Assembly: GCA_963841435.1 (NCBI GenBank)
Contig: CAWJCS010000003.1
Location: 576,001 to 640,000 of the forward strand
Direction: 5' to 3'
Source: an uncultured delta proteobacterium
GTDB lineage: Bacteria; Myxococcota_A; Polyangia; Polyangiales; Polyangiaceae
DNA: 64,000 nt
How positions within the stretch are numbered: the first letter of the stretch is position 1; the number at the start of each line of letters is the position of its first letter. Position numbers and translations under genes: made by a program. The notes under the pieces were generated by a model. It did not search any database. It was not told the DNA's origin and was given only the letters and a program-made list of their open reading frames with translations. Shown here in pieces: positions 31,076-39,692 of the stretch.

Positions 31076-33022
31076 TCAGCTCCGTATCGCCCCCGTCGGC
31101 GTCACGAGCACGAGACCGTGCGCACCCTGTCCGAGCGGCGGCGCGGGCGGCGGAGCCGAGGTTTCCCTCGGTTCGGCAGCGGCGGCGCCGGTCGCGTGGT
31201 CGGCGTGGTCCGCGTGGTCGTGGCTCGCGTCGGCTTCGAGCCGTTCGCGAGTGGCGTGGATTTGCGAGCTCGAGCGCTCGACGAAAAGATCGAGCGTCCA
31301 GTCGAGCACGACGCGCACCTTGTTGCCGAAGCCGACGAGCTTTCCGAGATAGAGGGTGCGCCACACCACCCACGCCAAAAAGCCGCTCAGCCGCACACCG
31401 ACCAGGCGCACCGCCGCGAACTGGTGCCCCACGCTCACGAGCTGACCGAAGTCGAAGTAGCGAAACGGCTCGGTGCCCTCGCCGCGCAGCAACCGCGCGA
31501 TGTTCCGCGCCGTCTGGGAGCCTTGCTGGAACGCCACCTGCCCGAGCGGCGGCAGCGGGCGGCCGTCCTTGCCCTTGTACGTCGCCGCGTCACCGAGCAC
31601 GAACACGTTCGGGTGCGCGGGCACCCGGCAGTCGGCGTCCACCTCGACGCGCCCCGCGCGGTCGAGGGCGAGACCCGTGCGCTCCAGCAACGGCGACGCC
31701 TTGACGCCTGCACACCAGCACGTCGTGCGTGCCTCGAGGCAGGTCCCGTCGGCGAGGCGAACCCAATCGGTCCCGATCTCGCTGACGCGCGCACCGTGCA
31801 GCACGCGCACGCCGAGTCCGCCGAGCTGCGTCTCGGCGCTCGTCGCCACGGCCGCGTGCCAACCACCGAGGACACGCTGCCCCGAGTCGACCAAGATCAC
31901 GTCGATGAGCGACGCGTCGAGCTCCGGGTAGCGCGGCAGGAGCACCTCGTTGACGAGGTCCTTGACCTCGGAGGCGACCTCGACGCCCGTCGGACCAGCG
32001 CCGACGACGACGAACCTGAGCATCTTCTTCTTGAGCTCGAGATCCGGCTCGCGCGCGGCCGTCTCGAAGCTGTCGATGATGTGATTCCTGAGCGCAATCG
32101 CATCGCCGAGCTCGCGCATCATGAACGCGCGGTCGCTGCCCTTCGTGCCGAAGGTCTGCGTCGTCGAACCCGGCGCGAGCACGAGGTAATCGAACGGCGT
32201 CTCGTCGTGGCGCACGCGAAGCTCCCCGCTCGAAACGTCGGCATCGACATCGACCTTGGACACCACGACGCGCCTCGCGAGGTCGATGTGCTCGACCGTC
32301 TCCTTCTTGAAACGCACGTTCGTGGCCTCGAAGATGCGCCGAAACGGGTACGTGACCTGCCGTGTTTCGATCGCCCCCACGGCGACACTCGGCAGGAGCG
32401 GCGGGAACAGAAAGTAGTTCTTCTTGTCGATGACCGTAAGCTCGAGGCGCTCGCTGTAGCCGAGCTCGCGGTCGAGGCCGACGGCCGTGTAGAGCCCCGC
32501 GAACCCGCCGCCGACGATCACGACGCGCACGGGCTTCTCGGGCGGCGAGGGCCAGTTGCGGCGCCGCCACATCGCCAGAAGCGGCGCTCCGATGAGGTAA
32601 CCGAAGAGCCCCGTGAGCCCGAGCACCACGACGCCAAGCGCCATCCGCGCCGGAGCGAAGACCGGGACGACGAGCCAAAAGAGAACGTCGAGCCCCGCGA
32701 GCGCGCTCGCGACGACGAACAGGGCCCGGCGGCTCAGGCGGGGCAGCGGCATGTGCCGGATCAACGCGAGCGTCACGGGCAGGATGACGAGCAGCGAGAG
32801 TAGGTGGGCGAGAAAGAGCCCGGCACGAAGCGTGGGGCTCAGCATCGAAAGACGAACGCCGAAGTCGAGCAGCGTTCCCAGGGAGAGCCCCCAGTTGACC
32901 GCCGTCACCGACACCACCCATCCGAGCCCGAATAGCGTGAACGCGACGAGCAGCACGCTGGAGAGCAGAAGCTTCGTCCAGACGGCCAGGTTTCTGAGCG
33001 TGTAAACGTTGCGGCGGGCCAT
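31076..33022 (-). CDS. ndh: Type II NADH dehydrogenase-like FAD oxidoreductase with extra N-terminal membrane domain
   Basis: VVIVGGGFAG, LFPPLLPSVAVG, FDYLVLAPGS, VVGAGPTGVE, WCAGV, VFVLGD and GFLAWVVWR; about 150-aa hydrophobic N-terminal extension. Confidence 0.85.
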   Translation of the reverse strand: MARRNVYTLRNLAVWTKLLLSSVLLVAFTLFGLGWVVSVTAVNWGLSLGTLLDFGVRLSMLSPTLRAGLFLAHLLSLLVILPVTLALIRHMPLPRLSRRALFVVASALAGLDVLFWLVVPVFAPARMALGVVVLGLTGLFGYLIGAPLLAMWRRRNWPSPPEKPVRVVIVGGGFAGLYTAVGLDRELGYSERLELTVIDKKNYFLFPPLLPSVAVGAIETRQVTYPFRRIFEATNVRFKKETVEHIDLARRVVVSKVDVDADVSSGELRVRHDETPFDYLVLAPGSTTQTFGTKGSDRAFMMRELGDAIALRNHIIDSFETAAREPDLELKKKMLRFVVVGAGPTGVEVASEVKDLVNEVLLPRYPELDASLIDVILVDSGQRVLGGWHAAVATSAETQLGGLGVRVLHGARVSEIGTDWVRLADGTCLEARTTCWCAGVKASPLLERTGLALDRAGRVEVDADCRVPAHPNVFVLGDAATYKGKDGRPLPPLGQVAFQQGSQTARNIARLLRGEGTEPFRYFDFGQLVSVGHQFAAVRLVGVRLSGFLAWVVWRTLYLGKLVGFGNKVRVVLDWTLDLFVERSSSQIHATRERLEADASHDHADHADHATGAAAAEPRETSAPPPAPPLGQGAHGLVLVTPTGAIRS

Positions 33023-33034
33023 GTCGCCGGGTGG

Positions 33035-33059
33035 TACGCGGGCGGCCGCCGGCGGTTAC
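33035..33059 (-). promoter_or_regulatory. Putative ECF promoter GTAACC-N15-CGTA
   Basis: 12 nt upstream of the ndh ATG, heading the ndh-ECF-antisigma run. Confidence 0.65.
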
Positions 33060-33074
33060 CGCTTCACTTTGTGG

Positions 33075-33099
33075 GAAACCGGGGCCCGGGTCCGCCGTA
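33075..33099 (+). promoter_or_regulatory. Putative ECF promoter GAAACC-N15-CGTA
   Basis: Upstream of the doxX-precursor-DUF692-DUF2063 operon. Confidence 0.65.
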
Positions 33100-33177
33100 G
33101 GGGATGCGACGCCGCGAGCACTCGTCGCTCGCACGGTCGATTCGAAATGCCCCGTTTCGGGGTGAGAGGAGCTCGTC

Positions 33178-33681
33178 GTGGATGCCTCACATTGGCTCGC
33201 ACGCGCGCCCAAGCGCGCCTTGGATTTGCTGAAGAAGGTGGAATTTACCGGGCCGCTCCTGGCCCGCATCACGCTCGGCGTGCTCTTCATGAGCACCGGT
33301 TGGGGCAAGGTGCACTCGCTCGACAAGGTGACCGCGTTCTTCATGGACCTCGGTATCCCCGCGCCGGGCTTCCATGCGCACCTCGTGAGCTTCGTCGAGC
33401 TCATCGGTGGTGGGCTCCTACTCGTCGGGCTCGCGTCCCGCCTCGCCGCCCTGCCGCTCATCGTCTCGATGGCCGTGGCGATCGTCACCGCGCAGCGCGA
33501 AGACGTGCACGGCCTGGCGGATCTGTTCGGCCTCGTCGAGTGGACGTACCTCGCGCTCTTGTTCTGGATCGCGGTCGCGGGCCCCGGCAAGGCCTCGCTC
33601 GATCACCTGCTCACGTCGCGCCGCTCTGGCACGCGCGCCGAGCCCAAGACGAATGCCGAGCTTTCCGCGAAGACCACGTAA
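33178..33681 (+). CDS. DoxX family membrane protein (BufD-like)
   Basis: LLARITLGVLFMSTGWGK, ELIGGGLLLVGLASR and GPGKASLD. Confidence 0.9.
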   Translation: MDASHWLARAPKRALDLLKKVEFTGPLLARITLGVLFMSTGWGKVHSLDKVTAFFMDLGIPAPGFHAHLVSFVELIGGGLLLVGLASRLAALPLIVSMAVAIVTAQREDVHGLADLFGLVEWTYLALLFWIAVAGPGKASLDHLLTSRRSGTRAEPKTNAELSAKTT

Positions 33682-33729
33682 GGCTCGGGATCTCGAACCG
33701 TAACCGAAAGAAAGAAGGAGAACCAACTC

Positions 33730-33963
33730 ATGACCTCGATCCTGATGGCGGCCGCAATCTCTGGCATCGTGAGCGGCGCAGAGCAGACCGAAACCAGCAT
33801 GCGCTCAGCCAACGCGTTCGGCGCGCAGAGGCTCGCCGACGGCGCCGGCAAGCACAGCTGCAAAGGCAAGAACGCTTGCAAGGGCCAGGGCGGCTGCAAG
33901 ACCGACAAGCACGCCTGCAAAGCCCAGAACGCTTGCAAGGGGCAGGGTGGCTGCAAGGGCTGA
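33730..33963 (+). CDS. Cys-rich MNIO RiPP precursor (bufferin BufA2-like)
   Basis: Strong AAGGAG RBS; hydrophobic N-terminus; six Cys in two repeats (KHSCKGKNACKGQGGCK / KHACKAQNACKGQGGCK); directly upstream of DUF692. Confidence 0.85.
   Translation: MTSILMAAAISGIVSGAEQTETSMRSANAFGAQRLADGAGKHSCKGKNACKGQGGCKTDKHACKAQNACKGQGGCKG
33850..33960 (+). repeat. 57-bp (19-aa) tandem duplication in the precursor core
   Basis: Unit 1 starts at 33850 and unit 2 at 33907; both contain AACGCTTGCAAGGG and GGCTGCAAG. Confidence 0.85.
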
Positions 33964-33985
33964 GCCCCGCCCGGGAGTAACCCGG

Positions 33986-34840
33986 GTGGTCGCGGACTCC
34001 GCGGCCGCCCGGGGACACTTCCCCGAGCTCGGCGTGGGCGTCGGTCTTCGCACCACGCACTTCGCCGAGATCCTCGAGACGGCGCCCGACGTCAACTTCT
34101 TCGAGGTGCTGAGCGAAAACTTCATGTACACGTCGGGGCGTCCGCTCGAATTTCTGGACGCCATCGCCGAGCGCTATCCGCTCGTGATGCACGGCGTGTC
34201 GCTGTCGATAGGCTCGAGCGATCCTCTGGATTTCCGCTATCTGGCCGAGCTCAAGGCGCTCCGAGACCGGATTGGCGCGTCGCTCGTGTCCGATCACTTG
34301 TGCTTCACGGGCGTGCTCGGAAAGAACCTGCACGACCTCCTGCCTCTGCCGCTCACCGAGGAAGCCCTCCACCACGTCGCTTCCCGCGTTCGAACCGTCC
34401 AGGACTATCTCGGGGCGCCGATCGCGCTCGAGAATCCGTCCACCTACGTCGAATTCGCTGGCTCGACGTTGCGTGAATGGGAGTTCTTGTCTGCGCTCAC
34501 CGCCGAGACGGGCGCGCTCTTGTTGCTCGACGTGAACAACGTCCACGTGAGCGCTTACAACCACGGGTTCGATGCGCACGAGTACCTGCGCGGCATTCCG
34601 ATGGAGCGGGTCGCGCAGTTTCACGTCGCGGGTCACACGCACTACGGCACGCACATCATCGACAGTCACGTCGGTCCCGTGCCGGACCCCGTGTGGCATC
34701 TGCTCGCCGAGGCCGGCGCGCTCGGGGCCCGAGCGCCCGTGCTGCTCGAGTGGGACGCAGAGATTCCACCGTTTTCCGTCGTGCACGCCGAGGCGCGACG
34801 TGCCGAGCGCTACCTTTTGCCCGAGGCCGGTGCGGCATGA
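33986..34840 (+). CDS. DUF692 multinuclear non-heme iron-dependent oxidase (MNIO, BufB-like)
   Basis: GVGLR, FEVLSENF, HGVSLSIG, SDHLCF, HDLLPLP, LENPSTY, LLDVNN, FHVAGH, IDSH and LLEWD. Confidence 0.95.
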   Translation: MVADSAAARGHFPELGVGVGLRTTHFAEILETAPDVNFFEVLSENFMYTSGRPLEFLDAIAERYPLVMHGVSLSIGSSDPLDFRYLAELKALRDRIGASLVSDHLCFTGVLGKNLHDLLPLPLTEEALHHVASRVRTVQDYLGAPIALENPSTYVEFAGSTLREWEFLSALTAETGALLLLDVNNVHVSAYNHGFDAHEYLRGIPMERVAQFHVAGHTHYGTHIIDSHVGPVPDPVWHLLAEAGALGARAPVLLEWDAEIPPFSVVHAEARRAERYLLPEAGAA

Positions 34841-35691
34841 TGTCGAGCCCCCCGCTCGCCACGCTACAGGCGTGGTTCGCCGCCGTCACCACGAATCCGC
34901 GTGGCGTCGAAGCCGGGATCGCCGACGCCGAGCGCGGCATCTCCCTCGGGGCCGACAACGAGCTCGGCCTCCTCAGGCTCGTCACGAAGGGTCCGGCGCT
35001 TTCCGCGCTCGACCGCCTCGCGATTTACCACGCCGGCTACCACGCGCGTCTCGTCGAGTGCCTCCTCGACGACTACCCGGCCGTGGCACATTGGCTGGGC
35101 GAGGACGAATTCGCGGCGCTCGCGCGGTCGTACATTTTCGCGAACCCGTCACGCTCACCGAGCCTGAACCGCTTCGGCGAGCGCTTCGCGGAGCACTGCC
35201 GTGGGCAACCCGGCACGTGGGGCGCCTTCGCCGCCGATCTCGCGCGACTCGAGTGGGCGATCGTGGAAGCCATCCACGCCCCCTCCCCCGCACCGCTCGA
35301 TCGCAGCGTCATCTTCGGCGTACCCGAAGACGCCTGGGCGACGACCCAGCTCGTGCCGAGCCCATCGCTCCGACTCGTGCGCTCGGAGTACCCGGTGAAC
35401 GACTACTACGTCGCCTTTCGCGAGGGCTCCGACCCGGACCCGCCGAGCCGCGCCGCGAGCGCCACGGCGGTGCTCCGGAAAGGCCAGGCCGTCTGGCGCT
35501 ACGACCTCCCTCCTCGCATGGCCGACCTCCTCCAAGAGCTGATGCGCGGCACACCGCTCGGCGTGGCGCTCGGTGCGCTCGAAGGTCGCATCCACGATCA
35601 CGAGGGTCTCCTCGCACTGCGTCGCCAGCTATCCGAATGGTTCGCGACCTGGGTCGAATCGAGCTTCTTCGCGGGCGTCCGACGGACCTAA
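34837..35691 (+). CDS. DUF2063 MNIO partner protein (BufC-like)
   Basis: ATGA overlap with DUF692; RLAIYHAGYHARL, YPAV..LGEDEF, SRSPSLNRFG and DLARLEWA. Confidence 0.88.
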   Translation: MMSSPPLATLQAWFAAVTTNPRGVEAGIADAERGISLGADNELGLLRLVTKGPALSALDRLAIYHAGYHARLVECLLDDYPAVAHWLGEDEFAALARSYIFANPSRSPSLNRFGERFAEHCRGQPGTWGAFAADLARLEWAIVEAIHAPSPAPLDRSVIFGVPEDAWATTQLVPSPSLRLVRSEYPVNDYYVAFREGSDPDPPSRAASATAVLRKGQAVWRYDLPPRMADLLQELMRGTPLGVALGALEGRIHDHEGLLALRRQLSEWFATWVESSFFAGVRRT

Positions 35692-35785
35692 TCCCCACGA
35701 CGAACGCCCAGCACGCGCCAGCCGATTCGGCCCACCACGCCAGAAGCAAGCGCTGGCAACCCGCGGCCCCGCTCGCGAACACCCC

Positions 35786-36256
35786 CTATTTGCGCACGAT
35801 GAACACCGAGCAATGCGACTTTCGCATCAACGTCTCGGCAATCGACCCGAGCAGGAGACGCTCGAGCCCCGCACGGTCGTCGGTGCCGATCACGAGCACG
35901 TCCGCCTTGAGCTCCCCCACGGTGCGCAGGACCTCGCCCGTGGGGTCACCCACGAGGAAATGCCCGGTCACCGTGTTCCGGCACTGCGCGCGCGCCGCGC
36001 GAACGTGCGCTTCGAGGTGCTCCTTCGAATCCTCGAGCGCGGCGCCGCTGGTCTCGGTGGACCAGGAGTGACCACGTTCGAAGCGGCTCGTCCGGAAGAC
36101 GTGAAGGATGTGGACGTTCGCCTCGGGTAGCGCGCGGGCGAGACGGGCCGCCATCGACACGATGCGCTTGCTCGCGAGGGAGCTGTTGACGGCGGCAACG
36201 ATCACTTCGGGCTCTTCGCCCGTGTTCTGGAGGGGCGGCAGTTCGCTCTCGGTCAC
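35786..36256 (-). CDS. Universal stress protein
   Basis: VHILHV, GDPTGEVL, ADVLVIG and LLLGSIAETLMRKSHCSVFIV. Confidence 0.88.
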   Translation of the reverse strand: MTESELPPLQNTGEEPEVIVAAVNSSLASKRIVSMAARLARALPEANVHILHVFRTSRFERGHSWSTETSGAALEDSKEHLEAHVRAARAQCRNTVTGHFLVGDPTGEVLRTVGELKADVLVIGTDDRAGLERLLLGSIAETLMRKSHCSVFIVRK

Positions 36257-36321
36257 GACCCGGCCTCCAAAACGATTGGCTCAGGAGAAAATTGGATGCT
36301 CATCTTGCACCATCCGTTGCT

Positions 36322-37596
36322 TCAGCGCTCGAGCAATACGAAAGCCAGGGTCAAGACCAGGTGTACCGGCAACATCGCAAAAAACGCAAATACTGCGTAC
36401 CGAACGAAGCTCGGTAGAGTGTACCCCGACCGTTCGGCGATTGCCTTGACCATGAGGTTCGGCCCGTTGCCGATGTACGTGGTGGCGCCCATCACCACGG
36501 CGCCGGCGCTGATGGCAGCGAGCTTGAGCGGCTCGATCCCCGCGACGAGGTCGGGCAAACCGTGCCCGAGACCGCGCGCCAGGGCGGCGAAGGCGGCGTA
36601 GGTGGGCGCGTTGTCGAGCAGCGCGGAGAGCGAACCCGCCGCCCAGAACATCTGCCAGGCCTGCTGGATGGGCATCTCGGGTGCGCGTACGGCAAGCTCC
36701 TTCTCGATGGGCACGAGGCAGACGAACAGGCCGACGAAGAGCACCGCGACCTCGAGAATCGGTCCGAAGCTGAAGCCATTGAGCTTTCGCACCTCGTGCT
36801 TGGTCGTGAAGTAGGCCGCGGCACCGATGCCGAGCATCGCGACCTCACGGACGACGTGGGGGAGGAAGGCAGCACCAATCACGGCGAGCAGCCAGAGGAG
36901 GTTCGTCGACCCCTGCAGCGAAATCGGCTTCTTTTCGGCGCGGTCGAGCGCGAGCGCCTCGGCGGTTTCCTTCTTGTACGCGCGCCGGTCGAACACGTAG
37001 AGCGCCACGGCGAAGAAGGCCACGTACAGGAACCAGACGGGGAAGAGGCGCAGCGTCCAGAAGAACGGCACGCCGCTCACGAAGCCGACGAGTAACGGCG
37101 GATCACCGAGCGGGGTCAGCATGCCGCCCGCGTTGGCGACACCGAGAATGAAGAAGGGCACGAGGTGCGCGGTGTGCGCGCGCTGCGAGTTGGTGCGGAG
37201 GAACGGCCGGATCAGCAGCATGCTCGCGCCGGTGGTTCCGATGAGACTCGCGAGCAACGAGCCAATCAGCAAGAAGGTGACGTTCGTCCGCGGTGTCGCC
37301 TCGAGATCGCCGGTGGCGTAGACACCGCCCGCCGCGATGAACAGCGCACCGAGCGTGCTGATGAAAGTGACGTAGCCGGACACCGCATGCATGACCTCTT
37401 CGTGCTGGCCGTGCAGGACGAGGTAACCGACCACTGGGCTCGCGCAGGCGAGCACGACGAGCCCCTGGAACCAGTGATGCTCCCAGGCGTGAGGAAGCAC
37501 CAGGGGCAGCACCGCCATGCCGAGCACGAGCGCCACGAAGGGCGACATCGTCCACATCGGCAGGGTTTCGACGGCGGCGTGAGAGAGCTCGTGCAA
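36322..37596 (-). CDS. Sodium:proton antiporter / IT-superfamily permease (CitMHS_2-like)
   Basis: Multi-TM; IGTTGASMLLIRP, ANAGGMLTPLGDPPL, LDNAPTY and GATTYIGNGPNLMVK. Start uncertain. Confidence 0.85.
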   Translation of the reverse strand: MHELSHAAVETLPMWTMSPFVALVLGMAVLPLVLPHAWEHHWFQGLVVLACASPVVGYLVLHGQHEEVMHAVSGYVTFISTLGALFIAAGGVYATGDLEATPRTNVTFLLIGSLLASLIGTTGASMLLIRPFLRTNSQRAHTAHLVPFFILGVANAGGMLTPLGDPPLLVGFVSGVPFFWTLRLFPVWFLYVAFFAVALYVFDRRAYKKETAEALALDRAEKKPISLQGSTNLLWLLAVIGAAFLPHVVREVAMLGIGAAAYFTTKHEVRKLNGFSFGPILEVAVLFVGLFVCLVPIEKELAVRAPEMPIQQAWQMFWAAGSLSALLDNAPTYAAFAALARGLGHGLPDLVAGIEPLKLAAISAGAVVMGATTYIGNGPNLMVKAIAERSGYTLPSFVRYAVFAFFAMLPVHLVLTLAFVLLER

Positions 37597-37640
37597 GTTG
37601 TGGATTCTCTTCCGGAAACGTCGAGTTTTCGCTCGGGCCC

Positions 37641-37691
37641 AAAAAGGGCGGGCCCGCACCACCACGCCTTGGCGCGACGGTACGGGCCCGC
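37641..37691 (-). terminator. Rho-independent terminator after amtB
   Basis: Inverted repeat GCGGGCCCG(T/C)ACC (37648-37660 and 37679-37691) followed by CC and then TTTTT on the minus strand. Confidence 0.65.
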
Positions 37692-37719
37692 TCGCTTCTC
37701 TCTGACTCGAGTTACGATC

Positions 37720-39147
37720 TCAGCCCGCTTCGGCCTCCATGGGAGCGGCCAACGCCGAGCCGGCCGAAAGTGCCGAGGTCGGCACCGCCGTGCGCGGCAG
37801 ATCGTCCGGATAGGCTTCCATGCCCATCTCGGTCGCGTCGAGACCCGCTTCTTCGTCCTCGGCCGAGACGCGGATACCGATGGTCACCTTGAGCAGCCAC
37901 CACACGAGAGCGGAGATTGCGAAGGTGAACGCGCCGACGGCGACGACGCCCTTGAGCTGCACCATGAACTGTGCGGCGCCGCCGCCGAGCAACAGACCGC
38001 CCGACTTCAGGTCCACGCCAGCGACTTCCTTGGCGACCGTGAGGTCACCGAAGAGGCCGATGCAGAGGGTGCCGAAGACGCCATTCAGGAGATGCACGCT
38101 GGTCGCGCCCACCGGATCGTCGATCTTGATCCGGTCGAAGAAGAGCACGCCTTCGACGACGAGGAAGCCTGCGATCGCGCCGATCACGATCGACATCGTG
38201 CCGGTGACGAAGGCGCAGGGTGCCGTGATCGCGACCAAGCCCGCGAGGCAACCGTTGCAGGTGAGGCCGAGATCGGGCTTGCCGAGGCGCTTCCAGGAGT
38301 AGATGGTCGCGACCGCCGCGCCGGCGGCCGCCGCCATGTTCGTCGTGAGCACGATGTGCGCGATCGGTCCGGCGCTGGCACCCATGGTCGAGCCCGGGTT
38401 GAACCCGAACCAGCCGAGCCACAGGATGAACGTGCCGAGCGTGGCGCTCGTCATGTTGTGGCCGGGGATGGCCTTCGGCTTACCGTCCTTGCCGTACTTA
38501 CCGATACGCGGTCCGAGGAAGATGATGCCCGCGAGCGCCGCCCAGCCGCCGATCGAGTGAACGACGGTGGAGCCGGCGAAGTCGAACATGCCGTCGGAGC
38601 CGAGGAAGCCACCGCCCCAGATCCAATGACCTCCGATCGGGTAGATGATGGCGCCCATGACGACGCTGAAGATGAGGAACGCTCCGTAGTGGATGCGTTC
38701 CGCAACAGCGCCCGACACGATGGTGGCCGCGGTTCCGGCGAACACCAGCTGGAAGAAGAACTTGGCGTAAACCGGCACGGAGGTCCAAGACAGGGCCTCG
38801 AACACCTTGGGGTCGTTCGGAACGAACCAGCCGCTCATCCCGATGTAATCGTTGCCATTCCCGAACATCACCCCGAAGCCCACGAAGTAGTAGATGAGCG
38901 TCGTTGCGGCGAAGACCAGGAAGTTTTTACCGAGGATATTGACCGTGTTCTTCTTCCGGCAAAATCCAGATTCGACGAGGGCAAAGCCCGCGTTCATCCA
39001 GAAGACCAGGAAGCCAGTGAACAACACCCAGATGGTGTCGGCGGTGACCTTCAGCTCGGCCGTGGTGGGGCCGTCATCTGCCAGTGCCAAGGCCGGCACG
39101 AGCAGAAGGCTCAAGATCGTCAGAAGAATGCGATGACTCTTTCTCAT
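37720..39147 (-). CDS. amtB: Ammonium transporter
   Basis: MNAGFALVESG, FFFQLVFA, IVSGAVAER, DFAGSTVVH, LWLGWFGFN, LAGLVAITA and DDPVGATSVH. Confidence 0.95.
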   Translation of the reverse strand: MRKSHRILLTILSLLLVPALALADDGPTTAELKVTADTIWVLFTGFLVFWMNAGFALVESGFCRKKNTVNILGKNFLVFAATTLIYYFVGFGVMFGNGNDYIGMSGWFVPNDPKVFEALSWTSVPVYAKFFFQLVFAGTAATIVSGAVAERIHYGAFLIFSVVMGAIIYPIGGHWIWGGGFLGSDGMFDFAGSTVVHSIGGWAALAGIIFLGPRIGKYGKDGKPKAIPGHNMTSATLGTFILWLGWFGFNPGSTMGASAGPIAHIVLTTNMAAAAGAAVATIYSWKRLGKPDLGLTCNGCLAGLVAITAPCAFVTGTMSIVIGAIAGFLVVEGVLFFDRIKIDDPVGATSVHLLNGVFGTLCIGLFGDLTVAKEVAGVDLKSGGLLLGGGAAQFMVQLKGVVAVGAFTFAISALVWWLLKVTIGIRVSAEDEEAGLDATEMGMEAYPDDLPRTAVPTSALSAGSALAAPMEAEAG

Positions 39148-39240
39148 GGGGAACCTCGTCCGTGGGGGGAGCCCTTTCGTTCGCCCCACATCCTCGTCAC
39201 GTGAGTTGTCGGGGATGTTTCGTGAAAACGACCTGTGTGA

Positions 39241-39266
39241 CACGATTCTCCAAGCCGGACGGTTTC
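39241..39266 (-). promoter_or_regulatory. Possible ECF promoter variant GAAACC-N16-CGTG upstream of amtB
   Basis: Partial match to the local motif, in the correct orientation. Confidence 0.3.
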
Positions 39267-39692
39267 AAGGTCGCAGAAAGGGGCCGCCGCAATCCGCCTT
39301 CAGTGAAAGACTCTCGCGCCGATGGGGGGCCTCGACCGTGGCGCCATGGGGCAGCCGATAGAGGTCGATTCAATCATTTCCGCGACTTCACTCTAGGGGC
39401 TCGAGACCCCGAGGGTCGACGACGCAACGCGTGAGATAGTGGAAGCCCCAACCGATGGGGGGCGGAGCGCGGCGAAGAAAAAAATGAAGCCGACGAAGGC
39501 ACCCGGCGCCCGAAGACGCCGCGTCGGCGCGCTGCGCCACGACGACGCTCGACGCGCGCGAGCTCGGCGCGGTCGAAGCGACCAAACGACGACAATCCGG
39601 CCCCGCGCGTCGAGGCGGAACGGGCGAGACGAGGCGCTTTCGCGACCCGATCGTCGCGGTCCCGGGTGGCGCTCCCGAAGAGGACCGGCGCG

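Noticed and set aside
33700-33985. GTAACC hexamers before the precursor and before DUF692
   Set aside because: No CGT-type -10 element at 15-16 nt spacing.
39395-39451. GGGGC...GCCCCA segment resembling a tRNA acceptor stem
   Set aside because: Too short, with no D-loop or TTC T-loop in the right positions.
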